Notes: generated by a model not told the origin, from the letters alone. A DNA stretch of 40,235 nt from Candidatus Uhrbacteria bacterium (GCA_023246955.1 JAHFHK010000005.1:1-40235); one strand, 5' to 3'; counted from the stretch's first letter, positions 30,191-38,496 are shown. Numbers and translations are program-made.

Positions 30191-30439
30191 ATGTATTACT
30201 TGTACGCGATATACAACGCAAAACATTCGAAGATATATATAGGGCAAACTGTTGATCTTGAAGAAAGATTACGTATTCACAATGAACGATTGATAAAAGG
30301 GTTTACCTCACGTTTTGATGGTGAGTGGCTTCTTATATATTCAGAGGAATCGGTCGATCGTAGTAGTGCATTATTGCGTGAGCATCAGTTGAAAAGTTAT
30401 CGAGGTCGGGAATTTATCCGGACGTATATTCGGGGGTAG
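30191..30439 (+). CDS. Small stand-alone GIY-YIG endonuclease (UPF0213/SLX1-like)
   Basis: YYLYAI...IYIGQTVDLEERLRIHN...FTSR...ALLREHQLK with the catalytic Tyr, Arg, His and Glu intact. Confidence 0.9.
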   Translation: MYYLYAIYNAKHSKIYIGQTVDLEERLRIHNERLIKGFTSRFDGEWLLIYSEESVDRSSALLREHQLKSYRGREFIRTYIRG

Positions 30440-30501
30440 CTCAGTGGTAGAGCAGTTGGCTGTTAACCAATTGGTCGTGGGTTCGAATCCCACCTCCCGA
30501 G
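30430..30501 (+). tRNA. tRNA-Asn (GTT), CCA not encoded
   Basis: Acceptor TCGGGGG/CTCCCGA plus G73; D-stem GCTC/GAGC; anticodon loop CT-GTT-AA; T-arm GTGGG-TTCGAAT-CCCAC. Confidence 0.95.
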
Positions 30502-30505
30502 CTTC

Positions 30506-30568
30506 TGGGATGAGATTGATTTCTCGTCCCAAGAGAAAAGCATCTTCAGAAATGAGGATGTTTTTCTC
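30506..30568 (+). terminator. Two tandem hairpins, including a terminator, after tRNA-Asn
   Basis: TGGGATGAGA/TCTCGTCCCA, then GAGAAAAGCATCTTC/GAGGATGTTTTTCTC. Confidence 0.6.
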
Positions 30569-30593
30569 TATAGTCGTAAGTTATAAATATTTT

Positions 30594-31280
30594 ATGAAGT
30601 GCCCATATCCTGAGTGTAGAAAAGACTACAATGATGAGGGTTGGCCTCCTGTATATCATGGATGGATCGACCCGGAGGATTGGGAGGGGAGCATCAACGA
30701 AGAAATGACGACAAATAGAGTTCTGCTTATTACAAGGCGATGTCGTTTCTGTAATCAATTATTCCATACTCTGAGCGTTGGTCATCAAAATTATATCTCT
30801 GATCATGGCTGGAAAAGGCAGGATCCAACAATTGAGCCGCTTATACAATACCCAACATCAAAAACTAAATTTGAAGCAAAAGGAGTCTCAAAGGAAGTTG
30901 TCGCAGCCTTTAATGAAGCAGAGCGATGTCGGTCAGTCGGATCTTTGACTGGAGCTGGAAGTTGTTTGCGTAAGGCTATATATACACTATGTGATGCAAT
31001 GGACGTATCTGGTGCAGATTATCGTGGGAAAATCGTAAACCTACCAGTCAAAACAGAGTATCAAGAGCTCTTGAAACAAATAAAATGGCTTGGTGATAAT
31101 GTAACCAAGCCGGGGCAAGAGAAATACACTATGGATATGGTTGATGTAGCTTTAGAAATTCTCCCTGTCCTTGTTGATGATATATATATCAAGGACGAGA
31201 AGGCTGATACTGCTGCCAAACTCCTTGCGAGAGCGCGATCCGTAAACTCTCTTCCTGAAACATCAGAAGAGCAAGAGTAA
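30594..31280 (+). CDS. DUF4145-like domain protein with an N-terminal Zn ribbon
   Basis: CPYPEC and CRFC; EAERC...GAGSCLRKAI...IKWLGD resembles the DUF4145 (HEPN-like) pattern; start moved to ATG 30594. Confidence 0.7.
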   Translation: MKCPYPECRKDYNDEGWPPVYHGWIDPEDWEGSINEEMTTNRVLLITRRCRFCNQLFHTLSVGHQNYISDHGWKRQDPTIEPLIQYPTSKTKFEAKGVSKEVVAAFNEAERCRSVGSLTGAGSCLRKAIYTLCDAMDVSGADYRGKIVNLPVKTEYQELLKQIKWLGDNVTKPGQEKYTMDMVDVALEILPVLVDDIYIKDEKADTAAKLLARARSVNSLPETSEEQE

Positions 31281-31337
31281 CTAACACTTAGTAAAATCTC
31301 ATAATAATATGAGACATATCAAAGTGGGTATTGTCAT

Positions 31338-31490
31338 GCAGAATCCAAAGAATTCTTACATGATCCTCGTCAACAGTATTTTAAAGTAGTTCCGAGGTGG
31401 ATCAGATATTCAAATTTCTCTATTGATCCTCAGGAAGTGTGGGAGATAAGAGCGACGGTTGTCGCAGGTGGAATAAAAGTCCCATATTGA
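31338..31490 (+). pseudogene. 3' fragment of a PNPOx-family gene, paralogous to 38042-38488
   Basis: Translates AESKEFLHDPRQQYFKVVPRWIRYSNFSIDPQEVWEIR versus PDSKEFSDDPRQQYFRIVPKWVRYSNFSVDPQEVWELK; no in-frame start. Confidence 0.85.
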
Positions 31491-31540
31491 AACGTTACAT
31501 CTATTTGGTAGATGTTTCGTTTAATAATATAATCGTTACA

Positions 31541-31612
31541 TCTAACTCAAACAAGTTCGAAATTCGTTCCATCCTGCGAGCATGTAGAGACGAGCCTTAG
31601 CGGCTCGTTTTT
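31541..31612 (+). repeat. Repeat R1: degenerate tRNA-Asn 3'-end-like sequence plus terminator
   Basis: AACAAGTTCGAAATTCGTTCCATCCTGCGAGC, then a GACGAGCC/GGCTCGTT hairpin and T-run. Confidence 0.7.
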
Positions 31613-31645
31613 GCTTTTAGGATGCACGGAGTATAATTAGGATAT

Positions 31646-32356
31646 ATGAAGCATATAGTAATCATACCTATTTTTAATGAGCTAGACACGGTTAAGGTGT
31701 CATTAGGGGCGTATATAAAAAATACTGACCATTCACGATGCAGTACCTATCTTATTGATGACGGAAGCGATACTGAGACGGCTGATTATGTTAAGGCTAT
31801 GGCTAAAAAGCATGGCTTGAATTTGCTGAGAAATCAAAAGAATATTGGCAAACCAAAAAGCATCAATAGGGTTATCCATGCCAATAAAGATGCCGACTTC
31901 TTTACGGTCATAGACAGTGATATGGTAGTTAAAACTCCGAGGTGGAATAGGGTGCTTGAGAAAGCACATGGCGCGTGGAAGAATCAAGCTATACTTGGAG
32001 TAAAATTAGATTTGGTGGGCTACGAATTCAAAAGGGGAGGCATGACGTTTGGAGATCTTTTCCCGTTCTGGACGCTACCTGGAGGATTCTTCTCTATTCC
32101 ATCATCCGTATTTAATAAACTTGGTTATTTCTATGACAAGGTGCGCAGACATGAGGACGCAGAGTACTGCAGGAGAGCTGCTACTCAGAGAATAGAGTGG
32201 TATTACACTTCGGATATAAAGACCACTATCTTGTCGCATGTGTCGTTTGCCAATAATCCGCTGTATGTTCAAATAAAGGAACGAGAACTAAATATTTACA
32301 AGAAACGCTCCTTGTATATTATGCAAAGTCACAAAGTTTACTACAGTCCATTTTAG
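31646..32356 (+). CDS. Glycosyltransferase family 2
   Basis: IVIIPIFNE, IDDGSD, N.GK..SIN, IDSD and EDAEYC motifs. Confidence 0.9.
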   Translation: MKHIVIIPIFNELDTVKVSLGAYIKNTDHSRCSTYLIDDGSDTETADYVKAMAKKHGLNLLRNQKNIGKPKSINRVIHANKDADFFTVIDSDMVVKTPRWNRVLEKAHGAWKNQAILGVKLDLVGYEFKRGGMTFGDLFPFWTLPGGFFSIPSSVFNKLGYFYDKVRRHEDAEYCRRAATQRIEWYYTSDIKTTILSHVSFANNPLYVQIKERELNIYKKRSLYIMQSHKVYYSPF

Positions 32357-32382
32357 GGGTAGACCAAATTTGCTGCTGTATG

Positions 32383-32461
32383 TCTAATTCACTAAACAGG
32401 TTCGAAACTCGTCCCACCCTGCGAGCCACTAAAGGAATCCTTGTTATGCAAGGATTTTTTT
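32383..32461 (+). repeat. Repeat R2: degenerate tRNA-Asn 3'-end-like sequence ending in CCA, plus terminator
   Basis: AACAGGTTCGAAACTCGTCCCACCCTGCGAGCCA, then an AATCCTTG/CAAGGATT hairpin and T-run. Confidence 0.75.
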
Positions 32462-32519
32462 AGTACAGTAAGTGGGATATCCTAATCCATGGATCTATTT
32501 AATGCCGTGATGAGATACT

Positions 32520-32972
32520 ATGCAAAAACTACATTTTTCAATCATGATACAGGCACCCAAGGAAAAAGTCTGGCACACCATGCTTGATGATCAGTCATAT
32601 CGAGAATGGACCACTGTGTTTAATCCTGGATCATATTATAAGGGTGATTGGAGTAAAGGATCAAAAATATTATTTCTCGGTCCTCATCCCGATGGTTCCG
32701 GCGAGGCGGGAATGGTAAGTCGGATAGCGGACAATAAGCCATATGAATATATCTCCATTGAACATCTTGGTCTCATCAAAGATGGGGTAGAGGACGCGAC
32801 GAGTGAGGCTGCAAAAAAAATGACGCCTGCCTTCGAGAATTATACCTTTGTGGAAAAAGATGGAGCAACTGAAGTAGTGGTAGATATAGATGTGGATGAT
32901 GAGTACCGAGAGATGTTTGAAAAGATGTGGCTTGAAGCCCTGCCGCTCCTCAAAGAAATAGCGGAAATATAG
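32520..32972 (+). CDS. SRPBCC/AHSA1 domain protein
   Basis: IQAPKEKVW...YREWT..F.PGS...GDW.KGS; C-terminal W..AL..LKEIAE. Confidence 0.85.
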   Translation: MQKLHFSIMIQAPKEKVWHTMLDDQSYREWTTVFNPGSYYKGDWSKGSKILFLGPHPDGSGEAGMVSRIADNKPYEYISIEHLGLIKDGVEDATSEAAKKMTPAFENYTFVEKDGATEVVVDIDVDDEYREMFEKMWLEALPLLKEIAEI

Positions 32973-32977
32973 CTGAT

Positions 32978-33607
32978 ATGAGAAAAATAATTACGACCAC
33001 ATTTGTTACTCTTGATGGTGTCATGCAGGCTCCGGGAGGTCCAGAGGAAGACAAGACAGGCGGATTTGCGTATGGTGGCTGGCAAACAGCTTTTCCTGAA
33101 GACAAGATGTTGAGCTCTATTTTGAGTGGATTCTTTGGTATTCCGTTTGAGCTTCTCCTCGGCAGAGTCACCTACGATATTTTCGCTGGATATTGGCCTC
33201 ACGCCAAGACCGATCTCGAGGTGGCGACTCCGTTTAATAGCACGAAAAAATATGTTGTGTCGAAGGAGCTTTTTGAGCCTTCGTGGAATAACTCAGTCTG
33301 TATTGCTGGCGATGTGGTTGCACAGATAAAGAAACTGAAAGAACAAGACGGTCCCGATCTGTGGGTGTGGGGAAGCGGGAATCTCATTCAGACGTTGCTC
33401 AAATACCACCTGATCGATCGGATGCATCTTTGGATACACCCTATCACGATCGGTGAAGGCAAGCGGCTTTTTGCGGAGGGAACTCAAGCAGAAGGTCTCA
33501 AGCTTGTCGATTCAAAAATATCGGCAACTGGTATTATTTTTGCTACTTATGAGCCCGCTGGCGCGCTCAAGACTGGCTCCGTTACTGACCCACGAGTGAC
33601 CGAATGA
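32978..33607 (+). CDS. Dihydrofolate-reductase-fold (RibD C-terminal) protein
   Basis: TLDGVMQAPGG, LLGRVTY, GSGNLIQTL, G.GKRLF. Confidence 0.88.
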   Translation: MRKIITTTFVTLDGVMQAPGGPEEDKTGGFAYGGWQTAFPEDKMLSSILSGFFGIPFELLLGRVTYDIFAGYWPHAKTDLEVATPFNSTKKYVVSKELFEPSWNNSVCIAGDVVAQIKKLKEQDGPDLWVWGSGNLIQTLLKYHLIDRMHLWIHPITIGEGKRLFAEGTQAEGLKLVDSKISATGIIFATYEPAGALKTGSVTDPRVTE

Positions 33608-33647
33608 TAAATGCCTATCATTTTTTTTATTTTTAAACTCTAATACT

Positions 33648-33869
33648 ATGTCTTGGGCGGATAAAAAAATAATGGCGTATAAGAACGGCACCGTGGCCAC
33701 ATTCTTAGAAAAGCGTAATCTTGAACATGCGAACCCGCTGCTCTTTACACTGCTTGTCATCGGAATAATAATTATTATCTGGGGTCTTTGGGTGCATAGC
33801 TGGACGGCGATTATTAGTGCTGCTGTTCTGACTTTTTTGGGACATATTTTCGTCTGGACGAGGAAGTAA
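33648..33869 (+). CDS. Small membrane protein
   Basis: 73 aa, two TM helices, LEHANP motif. Confidence 0.7.
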   Translation: MSWADKKIMAYKNGTVATFLEKRNLEHANPLLFTLLVIGIIIIIWGLWVHSWTAIISAAVLTFLGHIFVWTRK

Positions 33870-33901
33870 ATAAGAAGGACGTTCGAATTGTTATAAAAAT
33901 C

Positions 33902-34327
33902 ATGAAAAATAACGGGAAGAGAAATCGGGCGTCTGGGGTCGTGGTGCACGAGAATCGTGTACTCCTTATGCATAGAATTAATAGTCATGAGGGTGGGAGA
34001 GAATATTACACCACTCTCGGCGGTGGAGTTGAGGGTACCGAAAGTATTCTTGAGGCCGTAGCGAGGGAGGTGTATGAAGAGAGTATGGTGACCGTCAACG
34101 TAGGTGCGCTTATTTTGGAACATGAAACTGAACATCAGAATCAGTACTACTATATCTGTGATTATGTTTCGGGAGAGCCTGGTTTATGGGTCGATGGTCC
34201 AGAATATATCAAACATCAGGCGGGTGATATCCATGAACCTGTTTGGGTTCCTTTTGCTGAAATAAAGAATATAAATCTTCTTCCGGTTGAAATTAAGAAT
34301 GCATTAGTGGCTCGCTTTGGATCCTAA
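33902..34327 (+). CDS. NUDIX hydrolase (copy 1)
   Basis: Nudix box GGGVEGTESILEAVAREVYEES. Confidence 0.88.
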   Translation: MKNNGKRNRASGVVVHENRVLLMHRINSHEGGREYYTTLGGGVEGTESILEAVAREVYEESMVTVNVGALILEHETEHQNQYYYICDYVSGEPGLWVDGPEYIKHQAGDIHEPVWVPFAEIKNINLLPVEIKNALVARFGS

Positions 34328-34479
34328 GAGTTTATAGATATAGTAGGCAAAAGAGGCGCATCCCTTGGGGCTTTTTTGGGAAGTGGAGTGTTCGAAATTC
34401 GGTGTGCGTTACGGGGTCTTGACTTTTTACTCATTTTGGCTTATAATAAAAGACATATTCTTATAATAGGAGGTTTTCC

Positions 34480-34800
34480 ATGGACGCAATAGCGACTTTG
34501 AAAATTATCGAAGATCTTACAGGTGGCAATGCTGGCGTGATTAGTGTTGAATTATATTGCCCAGAATACACAAGTGTAGGTATTTCGGAAGACTTTACAG
34601 AAAACGAAGATCTGGTAGATAAGTTGATTGGGGATGTCCCTCCCTATGAGCGTGTAAAACAAAAAAATTCCGTCATCAATTATCTTATAAAACAGGGATT
34701 TAAAATGATTTCCGCCACGTCAATTCCGTTTTTCATCAACTCGAAAGGAGAAATTACCCAGGTGCGCACGGAAGTGTATTTTGAAGTATCCACACGATAA
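34480..34800 (+). CDS. Hypothetical protein
   Basis: Promoter TTGACT-17-TATAAT (34419-34447); SD AGGAGGT; terminator hairpin at 34825-34853. Confidence 0.75.
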   Translation: MDAIATLKIIEDLTGGNAGVISVELYCPEYTSVGISEDFTENEDLVDKLIGDVPPYERVKQKNSVINYLIKQGFKMISATSIPFFINSKGEITQVRTEVYFEVSTR

Positions 34801-34883
34801 ATAGACAAAAAATTATCTAAGTATAGAGCCGTATGGTATCATCCAGCGGCTCTTAAATTTTTTATCCAATTCCTTGCTCAAGG

Positions 34884-35615
34884 CTAGGGAAGGGCTAGCT
34901 TATCGTATAGCTGCTTGAATATGACCTTTTGAAAATCTGCAAGTTCTTTGTTCTTGATAATCAAAACCCGCTCGGTATTGAGATCGATTAGGGAGGTATA
35001 ATCGCTGTAGATGAGTTGGATGATATTTTGATCGAAGAGACTCGTCTCTGACGATATGAACTTTATAAATCGTTCAAGCCTCGGTTTTTTTCTCGTTCCA
35101 GAAATTGGATTGCTTATCACCATTCTTTCAAGCTTCTTTTTATCCCGCAAAGCTCGATAATTTTTTGAAAGATATTTATTGACCGCGTCCAGATTTTTTT
35201 CGGAAGTATATCGGTAAAACGTTTCTCCGTTTTTCGTGTGGGTGATAACGTCGTCGAACGCTGCCCGAATACCATTAAATCCATGCAGGAAGCGAATTTC
35301 TTTTTGTTTATATAGGTCGTCTGCGATAACTTGTTTTTCTATCTTGCCAGAAACATCCGAGGCAGCCTTTGCGAAAGCGAGGGTGATTAGGCGGGGGCTG
35401 GCAGCATGATACACTTTTCGTCGCCCTTGCTCTTTTACAAAAATAAAACGCTGAGCAAGAAGGGCAGATAATGCCCGATACACTGCGGGTCGATGGGCGC
35501 CCATTTTTTCACAGATACCTGAGGCAATCATCGGTCCCTCTTCTCGGAGTAGTTCGTAGACTGCATCCGTATGCTTAGGGAGTGCGAGTCGTTTAAATAT
35601 TTCTTTTGTACTCAT
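34884..35615 (-). CDS. TrmB-family transcriptional regulator
   Basis: N-terminal wHTH (AHRPAVYRALSAL), IRFLHGFNGI and IKNKELADFQKVIF patterns. Confidence 0.82.
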   Translation of the reverse strand: MSTKEIFKRLALPKHTDAVYELLREEGPMIASGICEKMGAHRPAVYRALSALLAQRFIFVKEQGRRKVYHAASPRLITLAFAKAASDVSGKIEKQVIADDLYKQKEIRFLHGFNGIRAAFDDVITHTKNGETFYRYTSEKNLDAVNKYLSKNYRALRDKKKLERMVISNPISGTRKKPRLERFIKFISSETSLFDQNIIQLIYSDYTSLIDLNTERVLIIKNKELADFQKVIFKQLYDKLALP

Positions 35616-35730
35616 ATCTTCATTGTATTATCTTTGATACATTTTTTCAAGCATTTCAGCGCAGATACATTAATTGGGGTACTATCTGACTGTCAGTTCT
35701 TTGACAACAAAACTTGAAGAGGTGTGCGTT

Positions 35731-36036
35731 ATGACAAGCAGAACTTTGCCCATTAAGCCTTCCACAGTGGTTAAGCAGAAAACGAACAATATTCCGGATG
35801 CTGTCTTTGAGATCTTTAATCAGCTTATCGTTGAAAACTTCAATGGTCAATCTGCTACGGTTATGCAGAAAGATGTGATGAATCTCATTAGGAAAAAAAT
35901 CCCGAATCCTCGTGAAGCGTTCGGAAAGGGTTGGCTCGATGTGGAAGATTCCTATCGATCTGCTGGGTGGAAAGTCAAATACGATAGTCCAGGCTACAAT
36001 GAGTCATATGAGGCGTACTTTGTATTTAGCAAGTAA
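35731..36036 (+). CDS. Hypothetical protein (phage-like)
   Basis: SD GAGGTG; WLDVEDSYRSAGWKVKYDSPGYNESY; phage resemblance recalled, not searched. Confidence 0.65.
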   Translation: MTSRTLPIKPSTVVKQKTNNIPDAVFEIFNQLIVENFNGQSATVMQKDVMNLIRKKIPNPREAFGKGWLDVEDSYRSAGWKVKYDSPGYNESYEAYFVFSK

Positions 36037-36083
36037 AAAGCATGACGGTATAGTACGTATAGATGTGGGGAGGTATATCATCC

Positions 36084-36317
36084 ATGAAAGTCATAGAAGA
36101 GCATGTTTGGCATGAGTTTGCCTGTATTGCTTGCAAATCTGTGTGCCAGGCAGAACCGGAGGATGTGGATTCGAGGCCAAATATTGATTGTGACGGTGAC
36201 GAGGTAGGAAGGATTTTTATCGTCCAATGCGGGAAATGTGGTAAGAACCATGATCTTCCATCACGGAAAGTTACCGATAAGATTAGAGCAATAGCGAAAG
36301 CTAAATTGAGGAGATAA
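36084..36317 (+). CDS. Small Zn-ribbon protein
   Basis: CIAC and CGKC; SD GGAGGT; terminator at 36327-36357. Confidence 0.7.
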   Translation: MKVIEEHVWHEFACIACKSVCQAEPEDVDSRPNIDCDGDEVGRIFIVQCGKCGKNHDLPSRKVTDKIRAIAKAKLRR

Positions 36318-36460
36318 ATTTTTTGCATGCCATCTATAAATTAGGTGGCATTTTTTTACTAAGGCTTACATTATAATTTGGGTGTATACTCCGGGAGGGT
36401 TGACGATTGCCTATATCATGGTATGCTGGTCGTTGACTTCATGTCACTGGAGGAGAGTTT

Positions 36461-37036
36461 ATGAGTCCTTTGATAATTGCAAGTACTGTATTAGCCCTCG
36501 GGTTATACATTCCACTTTGTATCCAAATCGTTAGGGGTACCGCGAAGCAAAATCTGACCACATGGCTTTTGTGGGCGACGCTTGATCTGATTGTTGTCGC
36601 CACGCTCATTGTGCAGCATGGCAATTTCTTACTCCCCATAGCATACACGCTTGGAAGTGGTATCACGGCACTTTGTATTATGCGATCCAAGAATGCCACG
36701 TGGACATGGTTCGAGAGCTTTGTCACTTTCTTGGTGGTGGTGTGTTTAGTAATTTGGACATTCTCGGATGCTAAGTCCGCTACCGTTGTCAGCTCTATTG
36801 CGTTGGTTATTGCTGGAATACCGCAGTTGGTAGAAAGCTATATAGAGCCATGGAATACCCCTATCTTTATCTATGTTGGCTATTTTACCGCAAATGGCTT
36901 GTCTATCCTCGGTGCAAAAAATTGGTCAGTTGAAGAGCGATTTTATCCCGTATGTGCAGCTATCTTCTGTCTAGCGGTTTCAACTCTTGCGCTCCGTAAG
37001 TTCTGGCTTAAGCGTGGGGATGTGCCGGTCACTTGA
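36461..37036 (+). CDS. Multi-pass membrane protein (possibly PQ-loop-like)
   Basis: About seven TM helices; YIP and GIPQ motifs; SD GGAGGA; terminator at 37069-37100. Confidence 0.7.
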   Translation: MSPLIIASTVLALGLYIPLCIQIVRGTAKQNLTTWLLWATLDLIVVATLIVQHGNFLLPIAYTLGSGITALCIMRSKNATWTWFESFVTFLVVVCLVIWTFSDAKSATVVSSIALVIAGIPQLVESYIEPWNTPIFIYVGYFTANGLSILGAKNWSVEERFYPVCAAIFCLAVSTLALRKFWLKRGDVPVT

Positions 37037-37233
37037 AATATTTCTTTGTTCCACAAAATGAACGTATTGAGGTTTTCGACAATGTCGAGAGCCTCTTTTT
37101 TATTGTATTTGCTCGTGGTGCATTGAAGTTTGAACTTTGCTACGCGTATAGACCCTTGACAGAATGAGTATTCTGTGTTATAAATACAGGCGAGTTCATT
37201 GATGAATAGAGAGAAAAAAAGGAGATAAAAGCA

Positions 37234-37914
37234 ATGAATAGAGTGACACGTGGACTCTTGGTTGGTGCCCTATCTGTCATGAATATGACGATATTGTCAT
37301 CGTGTGCGAGCGATGAGAACGCTTCAGAGTCAGATGCAACCCCTATGATGGATGCTTTTGTTAAGGAGTTTGCTAAGCGTAAGTATGACGTGGGTCAGGA
37401 TAAGGGAAAACAGATTCAGGCTCCTGATGATAGCGAGAATGCTATCGCTCCCGCAAGTATGCCTAGAGACAATGGGCAAATAGTGGAGATCAAGAATCTC
37501 ACCCAAGCTCCAGCAAGCGTAGATATGCCTGACATGAGTGTGTCAAGTGTAGTCGGCGTGAAAGTACTAAAGGTTAGGCCGTTCGTATATACCCAGGAAA
37601 GAAAGGTTCACGTTCAAAACGACCGCCAAGATGTTATCATTGCTGGTAGTGGTATGGGTAGTACGGTAACCGGTGTTGTGGTTGGCTCTGCTTTCGGGCC
37701 GGTTGGCATGTTTTTTGGCGGTGGCGTTGGCTTTATAACGGGTACAATGACTGCGTGGGGCGCCACGGGAGGCGACAAGTATGAGATGAAGAAGTTTCAA
37801 ATTAGGGGATATGAGGATGTCCTCGATAATGGTCAGGTAATGCTGACTCAAGTAGAATACCATCCCGGGCAAACAGTTGAGATAAAGAAACTCGTCTATG
37901 ACGAGATCCGCTAG
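37234..37914 (+). CDS. Putative lipoprotein with a glycine-zipper segment
   Basis: Lipobox-like LSSC; GVVVGSAFGPVGMFFGGGVG; promoter TTGACA-17-TATAAA; SD AAGGAG. Confidence 0.7.
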   Translation: MNRVTRGLLVGALSVMNMTILSSCASDENASESDATPMMDAFVKEFAKRKYDVGQDKGKQIQAPDDSENAIAPASMPRDNGQIVEIKNLTQAPASVDMPDMSVSSVVGVKVLKVRPFVYTQERKVHVQNDRQDVIIAGSGMGSTVTGVVVGSAFGPVGMFFGGGVGFITGTMTAWGATGGDKYEMKKFQIRGYEDVLDNGQVMLTQVEYHPGQTVEIKKLVYDEIR

Positions 37915-38041
37915 CGGCCCGATAAATAATTTCGTCCCAACACTCTTAGTGTGGGACTTTTTTTATCTTGATCGATGCCTTGTCATACAAGCATTTTTTT
38001 AGTAGGGTGAATATGAGCAGTCCGAATATATCTAAAAAAAT

Positions 38042-38488
38042 ATGTCTCCCGAGGAGCTAGAGAAATGGAAGAAAGTTTTTAAATTCATTAGCACTAATGA
38101 ATTTGGTGTGGTCTCCACTATCAGTCTTGACGGTCTTGCGCCGGAGTCAGCAGTTGTTGCCATATCTGAAACCGATAGTTTTGAATTGGTTTTTGGTTCA
38201 TTTTTTGATTCAAGAAAGAATCAGAACATAGCAAAGAATCCTAGTGTGTCGGTGGTTATCGGGTGGGATAATACCAATAAAACTACGATCCAGTTCGAGG
38301 GTACGGCATTACTTGCTGAAGGAGAGGAGCGAAAGTTTCTAGCAGAGAGACATGTTGCTAAAAATCCCGATTCCAAGGAGTTCTCGGACGATCCTCGTCA
38401 GCAGTATTTTAGGATAGTTCCAAAATGGGTTCGCTATTCAAACTTTTCCGTCGATCCCCAGGAGGTTTGGGAGTTAAAGCGGACCTAA
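38042..38488 (+). CDS. Pyridoxamine 5'-phosphate oxidase-like (FMN split-barrel) protein
   Basis: GVVSTIS...PESAVV, SRKNQNIAKNPSVSVVI, IQFEGTA. Confidence 0.85.
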   Translation: MSPEELEKWKKVFKFISTNEFGVVSTISLDGLAPESAVVAISETDSFELVFGSFFDSRKNQNIAKNPSVSVVIGWDNTNKTTIQFEGTALLAEGEERKFLAERHVAKNPDSKEFSDDPRQQYFRIVPKWVRYSNFSVDPQEVWELKRT

Positions 38489-38496
38489 GTATTACT

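Noticed and set aside
30140-30501. Group I/II intron in tRNA-Asn
   Set aside because: The insert is almost entirely ORF with no room for a ribozyme core, and the downstream tRNA is already complete.
30444-30593. N-terminal extension of the 278-aa ORF
   Set aside because: It is translated tRNA-Asn and terminator sequence; the real start is probably ATG 30594.
31540-31625. Integron attC site (ATCTAAC fits RYYYAAC)
   Set aside because: There is no matching GTTRRRY end or long imperfect stem, and R2 lacks the AAC core.
31541-32430. CRISPR array
   Set aside because: Only two degenerate repeats about 850 bp apart, and no cas genes.
37931-37960. TTCGTCCCA resemblance to R2
   Set aside because: The match is short and is explained as the stem of a terminator hairpin.
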